Made by a program: the position numbers and the translations under genes. Positions 18,614 through 29,407 of a stretch of 64,000 nucleotides of DNA are shown here, one piece after another; position 1 is the stretch's first letter, and each line of letters starts with the position of its first letter. The stretch covers positions 134,420-198,419 of the forward strand of contig QZKS01000020.1 in NCBI GenBank assembly GCA_003599865.1. The letters are read 5' to 3'. The notes under the pieces were generated by a model, which was not told the origin of the DNA, searched no databases, and worked only from the letters and a program-made list of their open reading frames with translations. Origin of the DNA: Desulfobacteraceae bacterium (GTDB lineage: Bacteria > Desulfobacterota > Desulfobacteria > Desulfobacterales > SURF-7).

Positions 18614-19471
18614 ATGAAAACCATCTTTTACAAGCATTTAATCGTTTCCGTCATGCTGACGGCGTTTTTGCTTTTGTGGTTTTCCACGACGGTCTTCTCC
18701 GGAGAAGAAAAGACATTCATCTATTTTCACAGTTCCGAGACAAGCATCAACAATTTTAAATCGCTGAAAATGGAGTTTGACAGATACCTTTCCCGTTTCG
18801 GCCCCTATGAATTGCAGCCTGTCAAGGAAAGACCGGAATTTGAAAAACAGATCGTCCATTCCCGAAACTGTCTGATTCTGCTGTCCAGCTGGCATTATAA
18901 AAGAATAGCCGGCACATTTCAGGGAAAGCCGGTTCTGATCGGAATCCGAAACGGGAAAAATACGCAAAGACGACTGCTGGTCGCCGATAAGGATTTTTCG
19001 GATCTTGCCTCATCCGCTGTGAATATCGCCTCTGCCAGTAGTATTCAGCACACGCAGAGTGTCATGAAAGACCTGTTTGATAAAAAACAATTGAATGTGG
19101 ATGCGCTGAGGATATTGACCGTTCCCAAAGATATTGATGCGATCATGGCTGTGGGTTTCGGCATGTCCGGAGCAGCGCTGATCACCGAATACAGCTACGA
19201 CAGGCTCAAACTGCTGACACCGGTTCTCTATGAAAAGCTGAAAATCCTGGCGACCGGACCGGAATTCCACCTGATGATCCTTGCCGCGCGCTCAACCTGC
19301 ATTGAAAGAAACAGGCCGCTGATCCGGATTATCAAAGAGATGCCGGACACCCCCCTTGGACAAAAACAGATTCACATGCTGGGACTGGACAGCTTTCAGG
19401 ATGCGACCAGCAGCGATTTGAAGATATTGAATATTACCCAAAACCTGATCCGGCAGCAGGAGGAGAAATGA
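18614..19471 (+). CDS. Periplasmic solute-binding-like protein (PhnD/transferrin-fold-like), probable sensor accessory
   Basis: Signal/TM segment HLIVSVMLTAFLLLWFSTTVFS. It lies immediately upstream of, and overlapping, a second binding protein and a sensor kinase. The fold assignment is tentative. Confidence 0.5.
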   Translation: MKTIFYKHLIVSVMLTAFLLLWFSTTVFSGEEKTFIYFHSSETSINNFKSLKMEFDRYLSRFGPYELQPVKERPEFEKQIVHSRNCLILLSSWHYKRIAGTFQGKPVLIGIRNGKNTQRRLLVADKDFSDLASSAVNIASASSIQHTQSVMKDLFDKKQLNVDALRILTVPKDIDAIMAVGFGMSGAALITEYSYDRLKLLTPVLYEKLKILATGPEFHLMILAARSTCIERNRPLIRIIKEMPDTPLGQKQIHMLGLDSFQDATSSDLKILNITQNLIRQQEEK

Positions 19472-20403
19472 GAGTCATCCAAATCATTCTGCTGTCTTTT
19501 CTGATCCTCCTCGTCCCGGGCATTGCCGGTTCCGGCAGCGAGCCGGATATCCTCCTGCTCAATTCCGATGCTTCCATCGAAAAATACAGGGCCGCCCAAG
19601 AAGAGTATACAAAAACCATATCACACCCGGTGGCCGAATATACGATTGATGGTTTTTCCGGCGAAATATCGGAACTGTACCGGAAGATTTCCCGCGGACC
19701 GCATCGGCTGATCTATTGTATTGGAACCAATGCCTATCTGACGGCAATCGAGCATGCTCCGGAAAAGACCATACTGTTCTCATCCATTATCAACTGGCGG
19801 AGACTCCCCCGGAAAGAAACGGTTTTCGGGATTTCCAATGAACTGCATCCGGCCATGCATCTGATGCATTTTCAAAATATTTTTCCGAAAATCAAAAACA
19901 TCGGTGTTCTGTATTCCAGAGAATTCAATGAACAGTGGATTGCGTTAGCCAAAGAAGCTGCCGAAAAGTCCGGCCTCCGTATCATCAGCGAAGCGGTTAT
20001 GGACATCGACCAGACAGATGAAACCCTGAAAAAAATACTGCCTGAAATCGATGCTCTCTGGCTGATTCCGGACCCGATCATTATTTCCAGCAGAAAAAAC
20101 CTGATCAACATAATCCGGATCTGTGATCCAAACAAAACGCCGGTTTTCTCATACAACACCGCATACGCAAAACTCGGGGCAACACTCATTGTTGCGGTGG
20201 ATGATTCCACGGTTGGAAGGCAAGCCGCCGTCATGTCCGATAATCTCCTGGCCGGGCGTGTGCTTCCGGAAAACGTTCAACATCCGGCAGGATCACAGAT
20301 TACCGTCAACCTGGACAAAGTAAAGGTTTTTGGAATTCCGTATCAGCAGGAAGCCCTGGATACGGTAAACACGATATTTGAATCCGCCGATGCGGACGAT
20401 TGA
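19468..20403 (+). CDS. ABC-transporter-substrate-binding-like protein (PF04392-like), probable sensor accessory
   Basis: It has a signal peptide. The KNIGVLYSREFNEQWIALAKEAAEKSGL block resembles PF04392 proteins. A 4 nt overlap with the upstream gene suggests coupling. Confidence 0.55.
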   Translation: MRVIQIILLSFLILLVPGIAGSGSEPDILLLNSDASIEKYRAAQEEYTKTISHPVAEYTIDGFSGEISELYRKISRGPHRLIYCIGTNAYLTAIEHAPEKTILFSSIINWRRLPRKETVFGISNELHPAMHLMHFQNIFPKIKNIGVLYSREFNEQWIALAKEAAEKSGLRIISEAVMDIDQTDETLKKILPEIDALWLIPDPIIISSRKNLINIIRICDPNKTPVFSYNTAYAKLGATLIVAVDDSTVGRQAAVMSDNLLAGRVLPENVQHPAGSQITVNLDKVKVFGIPYQQEALDTVNTIFESADADD

Positions 20404-20430
20404 TTTTTTCCGGTAAAAGGATAAGCAGGA

Positions 20431-22779
20431 TTGACCGCTAAAACCACCCGAAACGGCAAACCGGTTCAATGGAGTATCAAGCTCAAGGCCATGACCTTTC
20501 TGAGCATTCTGATGATCTGCCTGATCAGCATTCTGACAACCATCCATCTGACCGAACAGAAAAGAATGCTCGAAAGGGAGCTGGAGAAACGAATTTTCAT
20601 CCTGAAGGAAAACCTTTTTGAGCGCGGAAAAAGCTTTATCGTCAATCTGGCGGGCCAGATCGAAAACGAGATTGCCGCCTATAATTTTTCCGGAGCGGTG
20701 GAAACCGTCAAAAATGCGGCCCGGACAAACCAGGACATTCAATATGCCTTGCTGGTGGATGCATCCGGCCAGATTTTTGTCCACACGCAAAAGCCCGAAC
20801 TGATGCAAAAAAGGATGATGGAGAAAAACCGGTTAACCGCCATCCGGCAGATGGGCATTACCAGGACCGAATACAGGGAAGAAGGCGATTCGGTTATTCA
20901 GATTGCCGCCCCCTTGCAGATCAGTACATCTCCATGGGGAGAGATTCAACTGGTATATACGACGAAATATCTGGAACAGGAAATCGCCCTGTCCAAAATC
21001 CAGATACGGAAGCAGATTCGTCACCTGATCAAAAACACGATACTGACATCTGCAGGGCTGATGCTGGTGATCATCGTCATGTTTTATTTTCTGGTTTCCA
21101 AACTGCTGAGTCCCATCATCGACCTGACTCATTTTGCCCGCCGGCTCTCCCAGGGCGATTTTTCCTCCTCCGATGATTTTCGGATCCATTCGAAGGATGA
21201 AGTGGGTATCCTTGCTGCAGCATTCATGGAAATGAAAAAAGAGCTCCGTTTATCCTATGAAAAACTGACCGAAAGCAACCGAACCCTCGAGCAGAAAGTA
21301 AGGGAAAGAACCGCTGCGCTCCACAGAAAAAATCAGGAATTGAATAAGGCCAGCCAGACCAAAAGTCAGTTCATTGCCAATATCAGCCATGAAATAAAAA
21401 CACCCATGACAGCCATTATGGGGATGACCGACCTTGTCCTGCAAAAAGAACTTCCGCCCAAAATACGGGAAAAGCTTATTACGGTCAGAAAATCAGCCAA
21501 TACATTGATGGATATGATCAACGGCATCCTTGACTTCTCCAAAATCGAGGCCGGCAAGATCCGGCTGGAGAAGGTATTCTTCAGCCTCAACGATCTGGTC
21601 AACAGCCTGATCGATACATTTACGATCAAGATCGAGAACAAGGATGTCGAACTGATTGTCTATATGGAAAACGATGTCCCCCTATACCTGGTGGGGGATC
21701 CTCTTCGCCTTGGCCAGGTAATGTCCAACCTGATCGGAAATGCAATCAAATTTACAGATACCGGTGAAATTTTTGTCCACATCCGCAAAACCTTGCAATC
21801 CGATGAACAGATTGAACTGGACATCTCCGTCCGTGATACCGGGATCGGTATTCCTTCGGAACAGATACCGGTCCTGTTTGATTCATTTACCCAGGCAGAT
21901 GGTTCCACCACCCGAAAATATGGTGGAACCGGACTTGGATTGACCATCAGCCGCCAGCTGGTTCAACTCATGTCCGGCGAACTCACAGTAGAAAGCTTGC
22001 CGGGAAAAGGCAGCGTTTTCCGGTTTAATGCATTCTTGGACCTGCCGGAACAGCCGGCTCAGCCGGATGATCCGGTGCTGTCTGGGGAAACTCCCCGTCG
22101 GAATATCCTTGTGGCTGAATTAAACGAGACCTACCGGAAATTATTTCGCCGGCACCTTTCACAAGCAGGCTATACGGTTGAAGTGGTGGACTCCGGCGAA
22201 AAAGCGTTCCATAGAATCAAACACAATACCCCTGAAAGAAATTTTCATATTATCCTGATTGACAGTAAAATTGCGGACAAGCTGGATCGTGACATGGTTC
22301 AATTATTCCTCACCCAAAAACTGTTTTCCGAGCTGATTTTTATGATCCTGATCAGAGCCGGACAGGAGGAGACCAATATCCGCTACGGGTATGAAGACGG
22401 ATGGATCAGCAAACCGGTAAAATGGAATGAGCTGGATACCATCCTTCAGATGCGTGCAAGCAGAAAAGCATCCGGAAAGAATGGAAACCCCCGGGGGAGC
22501 CATACTACCGTTCAGATGATGGATACGGATTCAAAAAAGATCGACTATGATGCCGTATTTTCTTCTCTTGACAGACTTTCCGAACTGATTGCCGAAAACA
22601 ACATCCAGGCCAAAAAACATCTGGAAGACATGAAACAAAGCATGGAAGGTCTGGGCGTTTCCGATTCATTGTATCACCTGACAGACCAGGTCGCCCGCTT
22701 TGACTTTAAAACTGCCCGTCAGACAGTTGACCGGCTGAGAGAAACCCTGCACATCATTCACAAGGAAAAGAATGCATGA
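20431..22779 (+). CDS. Hybrid sensor histidine kinase (TM-periplasmic domain-TM-HAMP-HisKA-HATPase-atypical receiver-Hpt-like)
   Basis: H-box [18 protein letters not shown]; N/G boxes [23 protein letters not shown]. The receiver-like segment has AELNE in place of the usual acidic DD pair. There is a C-terminal helical Hpt-like tail. The listed start is TTG; an ATG at 20491 is an alternative. Confidence 0.85.
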   Translation: MTAKTTRNGKPVQWSIKLKAMTFLSILMICLISILTTIHLTEQKRMLERELEKRIFILKENLFERGKSFIVNLAGQIENEIAAYNFSGAVETVKNAARTNQDIQYALLVDASGQIFVHTQKPELMQKRMMEKNRLTAIRQMGITRTEYREEGDSVIQIAAPLQISTSPWGEIQLVYTTKYLEQEIALSKIQIRKQIRHLIKNTILTSAGLMLVIIVMFYFLVSKLLSPIIDLTHFARRLSQGDFSSSDDFRIHSKDEVGILAAAFMEMKKELRLSYEKLTESNRTLEQKVRERTAALHRKNQELNKASQTKSQFIANISHEIKTPMTAIMGMTDLVLQKELPPKIREKLITVRKSANTLMDMINGILDFSKIEAGKIRLEKVFFSLNDLVNSLIDTFTIKIENKDVELIVYMENDVPLYLVGDPLRLGQVMSNLIGNAIKFTDTGEIFVHIRKTLQSDEQIELDISVRDTGIGIPSEQIPVLFDSFTQADGSTTRKYGGTGLGLTISRQLVQLMSGELTVESLPGKGSVFRFNAFLDLPEQPAQPDDPVLSGETPRRNILVAELNETYRKLFRRHLSQAGYTVEVVDSGEKAFHRIKHNTPERNFHIILIDSKIADKLDRDMVQLFLTQKLFSELIFMILIRAGQEETNIRYGYEDGWISKPVKWNELDTILQMRASRKASGKNGNPRGSHTTVQMMDTDSKKIDYDAVFSSLDRLSELIAENNIQAKKHLEDMKQSMEGLGVSDSLYHLTDQVARFDFKTARQTVDRLRETLHIIHKEKNA

Positions 22780-24086
22780 TCGATAAAATACCCCCCCCCA
22801 ATATACTGATCGTTGATGATGAACCGGCCAATATCGAAATGCTTGGCGAAGTCCTCATGCCGGAGAATAAGATCCGTGTTGTGGTCAACGGGCCGGAGGC
22901 GATTGAAATCGCCTTGTCATCCAATCCGCCGGATCTGATCCTCCTGGATATCATGATGCCGGGTATGGACGGATATGAAGTTTGCAGACGATTGAAAGCG
23001 GATAAGCGCACCTCCAAAATACCGGTTATCTTTATTACGGCCAAAAGCGAAGAAAATGATGAAAAAAAGGGGTTTCAGATCGGCGCTGTGGATTACATCA
23101 CCAAACCTTTTCGCCTGTCCGTCATTCAGGCAAGGGTTCGCACCCATCTTGCATTAAAAAGATACCAGGATCATATGGAAACCATTGTCAGAGAGCAGAC
23201 CGAGGATATCAGAACGGCAAGCGAGTACTTGCGGCTTGAGGTTGAAGAACGGAAAAAAACACAGGTCACCCTTGAACAAACCAACCAGTCCCTGAAAGAC
23301 TCCCTGTTGCGATTGCAGGAAACACAGGACCATCTGATCCGGTCGGAAAAAATGGCGGCACTGGGGGGTCTGGTTGCCGGCGTGGCCCATGAAATCAACA
23401 CACCGGTCGGAATCGGTGTGACCGCATCCTCTTTTCTGGCCATGGAAACCAGAAAAATGGCAGAGCGTATGGCAAAAAAAGAAATCCAAATGGATGACAT
23501 GCAGAAATACATTTCCATTGCATCCGAGGCTACGGCCATTATCGAAAACAACCTGAAAAGAGCTGGAGATCTGATTCAAAGCTTCAAGCAGGTCGGTGTG
23601 GATCAATCCAGCAAAGACAGAAGGTTTTTCCGATGCAGGGAATACCTTGACATGGTATTGCTCAGCCTCCGGCCCAAATTAAAAAAAGGAAGGCACCAGG
23701 TGATTGTGGACTGCCCGGAATTTCTCGAAATCGACAGTTATCCCGGAGTCTTTTCCCAGATTATTACCAATTTTGTCATCAACTCGTTGATCCATGGCTT
23801 TCATGGGGAATCCCAAAAGATCATTCATATCTCCCTGTCGCAGGAAGGAGAGCGGCTCCGGTTCACTTACAAGGACAATGGAAAGGGAATGAGCCGGGAG
23901 TGTGTTGAAAAGGTGTTTGAACCGTTTTTTACCACAAAACGCAACAGCGGCGGAACCGGGCTGGGACTTCATATTGTCTATAACCTGGTAACCCAGGTTT
24001 TACAGGGGACCATTCAATGTACCAGCCGTCCGGATGAAGGGGCTGAATTTACCATTACCGCACCGCTGAACCCTCAACCGGTATAA
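22776..24086 (+). CDS. Receiver-histidine kinase fusion protein
   Basis: N-terminal CheY receiver (ILIVDDEPAN...LLDIMMPGMDG...YITKPF), a coiled coil, H-box GVAHEINTPVGI and an HATPase domain (GGTGLGLHIV). An ATGA overlap joins it to the upstream kinase gene. Confidence 0.85.
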   Translation: MIDKIPPPNILIVDDEPANIEMLGEVLMPENKIRVVVNGPEAIEIALSSNPPDLILLDIMMPGMDGYEVCRRLKADKRTSKIPVIFITAKSEENDEKKGFQIGAVDYITKPFRLSVIQARVRTHLALKRYQDHMETIVREQTEDIRTASEYLRLEVEERKKTQVTLEQTNQSLKDSLLRLQETQDHLIRSEKMAALGGLVAGVAHEINTPVGIGVTASSFLAMETRKMAERMAKKEIQMDDMQKYISIASEATAIIENNLKRAGDLIQSFKQVGVDQSSKDRRFFRCREYLDMVLLSLRPKLKKGRHQVIVDCPEFLEIDSYPGVFSQIITNFVINSLIHGFHGESQKIIHISLSQEGERLRFTYKDNGKGMSRECVEKVFEPFFTTKRNSGGTGLGLHIVYNLVTQVLQGTIQCTSRPDEGAEFTITAPLNPQPV

Positions 24087-24132
24087 CCGGAATAGGCTTT
24101 CCGGGAAACCATAGGAGTCATATTGCAATACC

Positions 24133-24813
24133 GTGAACTATTCCAAAAAACAGATAGAAACCGTCAAGAGACTGAATCGGCGCCTGCTTCAACAATATGG
24201 ACCCCAGGGATGGTGGCCCACAACCCCGGAGCCTGGGAAACAGCCGGTATACTATCCCGGCAAAGAAGGACGGGTGGTTTCGGATGATGAAGCCTTTGAA
24301 ATTATTGTCGGGTCCATCCTGACCCAGAACAATACCTGGACCAACACGGAAAAAGCCATTATCAACCTTTCCACACAAAACCTGCTGAATATCGGCAATA
24401 TGGCCATGTCCCATCCGGAAACCCTTTCGCCTTTCATCATTTCAGCCCGGTATTACAATCAAAAATCCGTCCGCCTGATCAACATTGCAAGACACATCTT
24501 AACTGCAGGAGGAATCAAAGCACTTCAAAAAATACCCACGGAAGAATTACGAAAAATCCTTTTGTCGTGGACCGGTGTGGGAAAGGAAACCGCCGACTCC
24601 ATTCTTTGCTATGCCTTTTCCCGGGAAATATTCGTGGTGGATACTTATACCTCCCGCCTGTTTCATCAACTGGGTCTGCCGTGCAAGTCATATGAAGAAA
24701 TCCAGGACCTGGTACATGAGGCCATCAAACCCTCGGCAGCAGATTATGGTGATTTTCACGCCGGAATTGTAAAGCTGTACGCTACAGGAGATGTGAAAAC
24801 CTTTTCATTATGA
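24133..24813 (+). CDS. Endonuclease III-related HhH-GPD domain protein
   Basis: ILTQNNTWTN, helix-hairpin-helix GVGKETADSILCYAF and VVDTYTSRL. There is no C-terminal 4-Cys cluster. GTG start. Confidence 0.7.
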   Translation: MNYSKKQIETVKRLNRRLLQQYGPQGWWPTTPEPGKQPVYYPGKEGRVVSDDEAFEIIVGSILTQNNTWTNTEKAIINLSTQNLLNIGNMAMSHPETLSPFIISARYYNQKSVRLINIARHILTAGGIKALQKIPTEELRKILLSWTGVGKETADSILCYAFSREIFVVDTYTSRLFHQLGLPCKSYEEIQDLVHEAIKPSAADYGDFHAGIVKLYATGDVKTFSL

Positions 24814-24960
24814 AACCGGACAATCGAACCGCATATGCAAAATACGATGGATCGGATCATTGCGATCCGGGAGGTAATACATCTTGCATGCCCTCCAAAA
24901 GTGGTCTATGAAAGGATTCGCACCAATACAGGAGGGTATTCACAATACCTATCTGCATGA

Positions 24961-25959
24961 ATGTTTATCCATATGAAAAAGGAAACCATGAAACCCAAAA
25001 ATCTCACATGGAAACAGGCTTTTGATGCCAGTCCCGGACCATCCACGCCCAAAGAGGCATTCTTTCTCGCTTTCAAGGGCCTCTGCATGGGATCTGCCGA
25101 TATCATTCCCGGCGTTTCCGGTGGGACCATCGCCTTAATCACGGGCATTTATGCCGATCTCCTGAAGGCTATTCAATCCATCGGCCTTTCCATGGTCAAC
25201 AAGCTGATGAAAATGGACATCAAAGGCGCCTTATCCGAGGTTCATATCCGTTTTCTGCTCTCGCTTTTAACCGGCATCGGCATTGCCATCATCAGCCTGG
25301 CCCGGCTCATGAACTACCTCCTGAACCATCATCCGGTTCCGACCTGGAGCATGTTTTTCGGTTTGATTGCCGCATCTATTTTTGTGGTCGGGAAAAAAGT
25401 GCGGGTCTGGAATGCTGTTTCAGCGATTTGCTTTGGCTCCGGAACCGTAGCAGCATATTTTATCGTGAGCATGATTCCGGTATCCACCCCGGAAGAGTTC
25501 TGGTTTATTTTCCTCTCCGGAATGATCGCGATCTGTGCCATGATCCTTCCCGGAATCAGCGGGGCCTTCATTCTTCTGATACTCGGCAAATATGAATTCG
25601 TCACCGGCGCCCTGAAAAATCCGTTTCTCCAGAGCAATATCCTGATCATCCTGGTCTTCTGTGCCGGCTGCGCAATCGGCATTCTCGGCTTTTCACGGGT
25701 TCTGAGCTACCTCCTGGAAAAACATTACAACATGACCCTGGCTTTCTTAACCGGCCTGATGGCCGGCTCCATGCAAAAAATCTGGCCATGGAAAGAGACC
25801 GTCCAGAGCATTATCATCCGGGGAAAAGAGCATGTTCTGGTTTCCCGCAATATCCTGCCCAGTGAACTGAGTGGAGAAGTCTATCTTGCCATCATCCTGA
25901 CTGTGATCGGTTTTTTCATCGTCATGGGACTGGAGAGGCTTTCGGAAAAAGACAGATGA
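24961..25959 (+). CDS. DUF368-family membrane protein (family recently linked to undecaprenyl-phosphate recycling)
   Basis: Hallmark ADIIPGVSGGTIALITGIY, a second half-repeat ILPGISGAFILLILG, and multiple TM helices. The likely true start is Met at 24973 or 24988. Confidence 0.8.
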   Translation: MFIHMKKETMKPKNLTWKQAFDASPGPSTPKEAFFLAFKGLCMGSADIIPGVSGGTIALITGIYADLLKAIQSIGLSMVNKLMKMDIKGALSEVHIRFLLSLLTGIGIAIISLARLMNYLLNHHPVPTWSMFFGLIAASIFVVGKKVRVWNAVSAICFGSGTVAAYFIVSMIPVSTPEEFWFIFLSGMIAICAMILPGISGAFILLILGKYEFVTGALKNPFLQSNILIILVFCAGCAIGILGFSRVLSYLLEKHYNMTLAFLTGLMAGSMQKIWPWKETVQSIIIRGKEHVLVSRNILPSELSGEVYLAIILTVIGFFIVMGLERLSEKDR

Positions 25960-25962
25960 ACA

Positions 25963-27240
25963 TCAGGTGGGATTTCGGATGTCCTGCACCGGCATATCCG
26001 ACTGTTTTTCAATCTCCACTTCAATAATCCGCCGGGCATCGGCTTTGGTCACTCGAATTATGGCATCTTCGGTTTTCAGCTCCTCTCCGACAGCCGGTAT
26101 GAAACGCAATTTGGACAGGATAAATCCGGAAATCGTCTCATAGTCTTCCTTTTCGCTTAAATTCAATTGCAGCTCCCGGTTGACATCCTCGATTTCCGTC
26201 TCACCTTTGACAATACTCTTATGGTCATCGATTTTCCGGATCATGATCTCTTCATCGTCGGTTTCATCATAGATCTCTCCGACAATTTCCTCCAGAAGGT
26301 CTTCGATGGTTACCAGCCCGCAGATCCCGCCATGTTCATCCGTTACCAGTGCAATATGCACCTGCTCCTTCTGAAACTCTGTCAGGAGATCATCCAGAAG
26401 CATGGATTCGGGAATAAACATGGCAGGCCGGACAATCTCCTTGACCAGCTCCTGATGATGCCCTTTCAATATGGCTTCCAGAATATCCTTGGCATACAAT
26501 ATGCCGATAACATTATCCGATTTTTTTTTATATACCGGAATCCGGGAATATCCCTGAGCGACAACATCAGAAGCCGCCTTTTCAATGGGTGTTTCCGAGT
26601 CAATGGAAAACATGTGTGTCCGGTCGACCATGATCTCATCGGCTCGAAGATCGCTGAAACGAAAGATGTTGTGAATCATAATCCGCTCGTCTTCTTCCAC
26701 TTCGCCGATCTCTTCCCCCAGGGTGACAACGCTCTTGATTTCCGCTTCCGTGATGATGGGATCCGCGTGTTCCCGGTCAAACGGCATGGACAGCAAAACA
26801 GTAAAAATTTCCAGGATTTTAATGACAGGATACAGGATATATTGAAGGGCCTGAAGAATCGGCGCTGAAAAAATGGCAAGGGGTTCATTTTTTGCCATGG
26901 CGATATTTTTGGGCACAATTTCGCCGAAAATAAGGATCAGTATGGTCATGATACCGACGGCAATGCCAATGGCATTGGATTCAAAAATCCGAATGGCAAT
27001 GGATGTGGCAATGGATGAGGCCGAGATATTGACCAGATTGTTGCCGATTAGGATGGTGATCAGAAGCCGTTGATAGTTGTCTTTCAGCTTTTTGACACGA
27101 TGGATACCGCGCCGGTTCTGCTCAATCAGATGCTGAATCCGAATATCGGATATGGAAATGAATGCCGTTTCAACGCTGGAGAAAAAGGCAGACAAACACA
27201 GAAAAATGAAAAGGATAATAGATTGGTCTGGGATTTCCAT
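25963..27240 (-). CDS. HlyC/CorC-family transporter (DUF21/CNNM TM domain, CBS pair, CorC_HlyC domain)
   Basis: N-terminal four-TM DUF21 pattern with SSVETAF, central CBS repeats, and a C-terminal transporter-associated domain. Confidence 0.85.
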   Translation of the reverse strand: MEIPDQSIILFIFLCLSAFFSSVETAFISISDIRIQHLIEQNRRGIHRVKKLKDNYQRLLITILIGNNLVNISASSIATSIAIRIFESNAIGIAVGIMTILILIFGEIVPKNIAMAKNEPLAIFSAPILQALQYILYPVIKILEIFTVLLSMPFDREHADPIITEAEIKSVVTLGEEIGEVEEDERIMIHNIFRFSDLRADEIMVDRTHMFSIDSETPIEKAASDVVAQGYSRIPVYKKKSDNVIGILYAKDILEAILKGHHQELVKEIVRPAMFIPESMLLDDLLTEFQKEQVHIALVTDEHGGICGLVTIEDLLEEIVGEIYDETDDEEIMIRKIDDHKSIVKGETEIEDVNRELQLNLSEKEDYETISGFILSKLRFIPAVGEELKTEDAIIRVTKADARRIIEVEIEKQSDMPVQDIRNPT

Positions 27241-27401
27241 AAAAATTATAACAATATGGGTACAGGTTTAACCTCCGATTTTCCAAAGCCTGTACATCAG
27301 TTCCGGTCCTTTTGGTTGGTAACCGGGCCGCATGTGTTCACCTGTTCCTATATGTCTCATACTCACCCGCCTGTCAAGCATGAATGCCGGGGTTGTTTCA
27401 G

Positions 27402-27434
27402 AAAAAAAAAGGACCATCCAGGGATGGTCCTTTT
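27402..27434 (-). terminator. Rho-independent terminator of the dsrMKJOP operon
   Basis: The minus strand reads AAAAGGACCATCCCTGGATGGTCC followed by T9: a 7-9 bp GC-rich stem plus a long U-tract, 30 nt after the dsrP stop. Confidence 0.85.
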
Positions 27435-27462
27435 CATAGCATTCAAATCTGATTTTAAATCC

Positions 27463-28620
27463 TTATGCTGAGACTTCCTCTTTTACGGAAACCGCGATCT
27501 TGAATAAAAGGGTTAAAATCAGAAAACCAAGTGCATAAATGCCAACCGTGATCATCAATTCCTTGATTGTCGGTATATACTCATTGACATGGTGAAGGGG
27601 GTTGGGAACAAATCCACCGGAGATCATCCCAAGCCCTTTGTCAATCCAGGTCCCGATAAAGACACAGAGGCAGGCGATCGGCAGGACCGTTTCATTGGAT
27701 CGGGTAGCCGGATTCACCAGCAGGATAATGGCAATAACCATCAGGGTCATGGATGTCCACATCCAGGGTACCAGCACACCATGACCGTGAAGTCCGAAAA
27801 ACAGATATTTCAGATGATCGATATGTTCCGGTATCCCGCTGTACAATGCGACAAAAACCTCACAGCCGAAGAAAAATACATTGGCGATCAGTCCGTAGGT
27901 AACGATCTTGGCTACGGTTTGAATGGCCTGTTTTCCCGGATCGAACTTTGTGGTTTTTTTAATGATGTAGCATAACAGGATTAAAAACGCCGGTCCTGCG
28001 GCAAAAGCGGAGGCCAGAAACCGGGGTGCAAGAATAGCGGTCAGCCAGAACCCTCTTCCCGGCAAACCGCAGTATAAAAATGCCGTAACCGTATGAATAC
28101 CGAATGCCCATGGAACGGAAAGATAGATAAAGGGTTTTACCCATTTGGGAGGTGCCACGCCGTTTCGTTCCGATTCCAGAACAATCCATCCCACAAAAAT
28201 ATTCAGGAAAAGATAGCCATTCAATACAATCATATCCCAGAACAGCATGGATTGGGGTGTGGGATGCAGTATCACGTTAAACGCTCTCATGGGCTGCCCC
28301 AGATCAGCAATGATAAAGGTCAGACACATGACAAGAGCGGATACCGCCAGAAACTCTCCCAGAATGGTAATCTTTCCGAACACTTTGTAGTTATGGAGAT
28401 AATACGGCAATACCAGCATAACCCCTCCGGCGGCAACACCAACCAGAAAAGTAAACTGGGCAATATAAAATCCCCAGGATACATCGCGGCTCATGCCGGT
28501 GATCCCCAGACCAAAGTCATACTGCTCCAGATAAACGATAAAGCCGATACCGATTAAACCGAGCAGCGCCATTACCCACAGATAGTATTTTTTGCTTCCT
28601 TTAACAGCCAGTTCAAGCAT
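27463..28620 (-). CDS. dsrP: DsrP, NrfD/PsrC-type integral membrane quinone-interacting subunit
   Basis: 385 aa polytopic membrane protein and the last gene of the M-K-J-O-P order. Confidence 0.85.
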   Translation of the reverse strand: MLELAVKGSKKYYLWVMALLGLIGIGFIVYLEQYDFGLGITGMSRDVSWGFYIAQFTFLVGVAAGGVMLVLPYYLHNYKVFGKITILGEFLAVSALVMCLTFIIADLGQPMRAFNVILHPTPQSMLFWDMIVLNGYLFLNIFVGWIVLESERNGVAPPKWVKPFIYLSVPWAFGIHTVTAFLYCGLPGRGFWLTAILAPRFLASAFAAGPAFLILLCYIIKKTTKFDPGKQAIQTVAKIVTYGLIANVFFFGCEVFVALYSGIPEHIDHLKYLFFGLHGHGVLVPWMWTSMTLMVIAIILLVNPATRSNETVLPIACLCVFIGTWIDKGLGMISGGFVPNPLHHVNEYIPTIKELMITVGIYALGFLILTLLFKIAVSVKEEVSA

Positions 28621-28627
28621 AATAACC

Positions 28628-29407
28628 TCACACTATGTAGTAAACCGCCGGGCCAGTCCCCAGGTTCTGTTTACGTCGGATGGTGTAATTTGATTGTAAG
28701 AGTTTTCGAACTTCCGACTCCGGATCTTCCAGATCTCCAAAAGTCAGAATGCCATTGGATACCTCTACACAGGCCGGTTGTTTGCCTACGGCAAGCCGTT
28801 CTGCGCAGAAATTGCATTTCTCGACAACACCCTTCATCCTGGTCGGGAATCCCGGGTCCACCTCTGCGATAAAAGGACGCGGATCCCTGAAATTGAAGTT
28901 TCTGGATCCATATGGGCATGCTGCCATGCAGAACCGACAGCCGATACATCGGTGAAAATCCATCAAAACAATACCATCATCCCGCTTAAAAGTGGCCTTG
29001 GTGGGGCATGCCTGCACACAGGGAGGATCTTCACAGTGATTGCAGAGAACCAGAAACGGCAGATGCTTGGTATGCTCATCCAGATACTTGTTTTCCTTTT
29101 CCGGAAAAGCGTGTTTATATTCTTCTTCCCAGATCCACTTGATTTCATGGTTCTGATTTTCAATTTTCGGAACATTGTGGATCTTATGACACGCCTCAAT
29201 CATGGGTTCCAGGTCATCTGAAGAATGTATTTTCCGGGTATCGATCACCATGCCCCATTGTCCGGCGGTTAATGCATCCTTGTGTTTACGGGTTTCGACG
29301 ACATGTTCCACGGAAGAGGCAAGCAGGGTGTTTACCGGGTTTGCACCCATTCCCAGCGCTGAAATTCCAGCTATCTTCAAGAAGCTCCTTCTGCTGTTTT
29401 TCATCAC
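28628..29407 (-). CDS. dsrO: DsrO, periplasmic ferredoxin-like 4Fe-4S subunit with a Tat signal
   Basis: Twin-arginine signal SRRSFLK. Cys clusters CNHCEDPPCVQACP, CIGCRFCMAACP and CNFCAERL. Confidence 0.9.
   Translation of the reverse strand: MMKNSRRSFLKIAGISALGMGANPVNTLLASSVEHVVETRKHKDALTAGQWGMVIDTRKIHSSDDLEPMIEACHKIHNVPKIENQNHEIKWIWEEEYKHAFPEKENKYLDEHTKHLPFLVLCNHCEDPPCVQACPTKATFKRDDGIVLMDFHRCIGCRFCMAACPYGSRNFNFRDPRPFIAEVDPGFPTRMKGVVEKCNFCAERLAVGKQPACVEVSNGILTFGDLEDPESEVRKLLQSNYTIRRKQNLGTGPAVYYIV

Noticed and set aside
27260-27295. 7-bp hairpin with GGAGG in the loop, in the leader of the CorC/HlyC gene, considered as a possible metal-sensing riboswitch
   Set aside because: The stem is short and resembles no riboswitch class I can recognise by eye. 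It would need a covariance-model scan.
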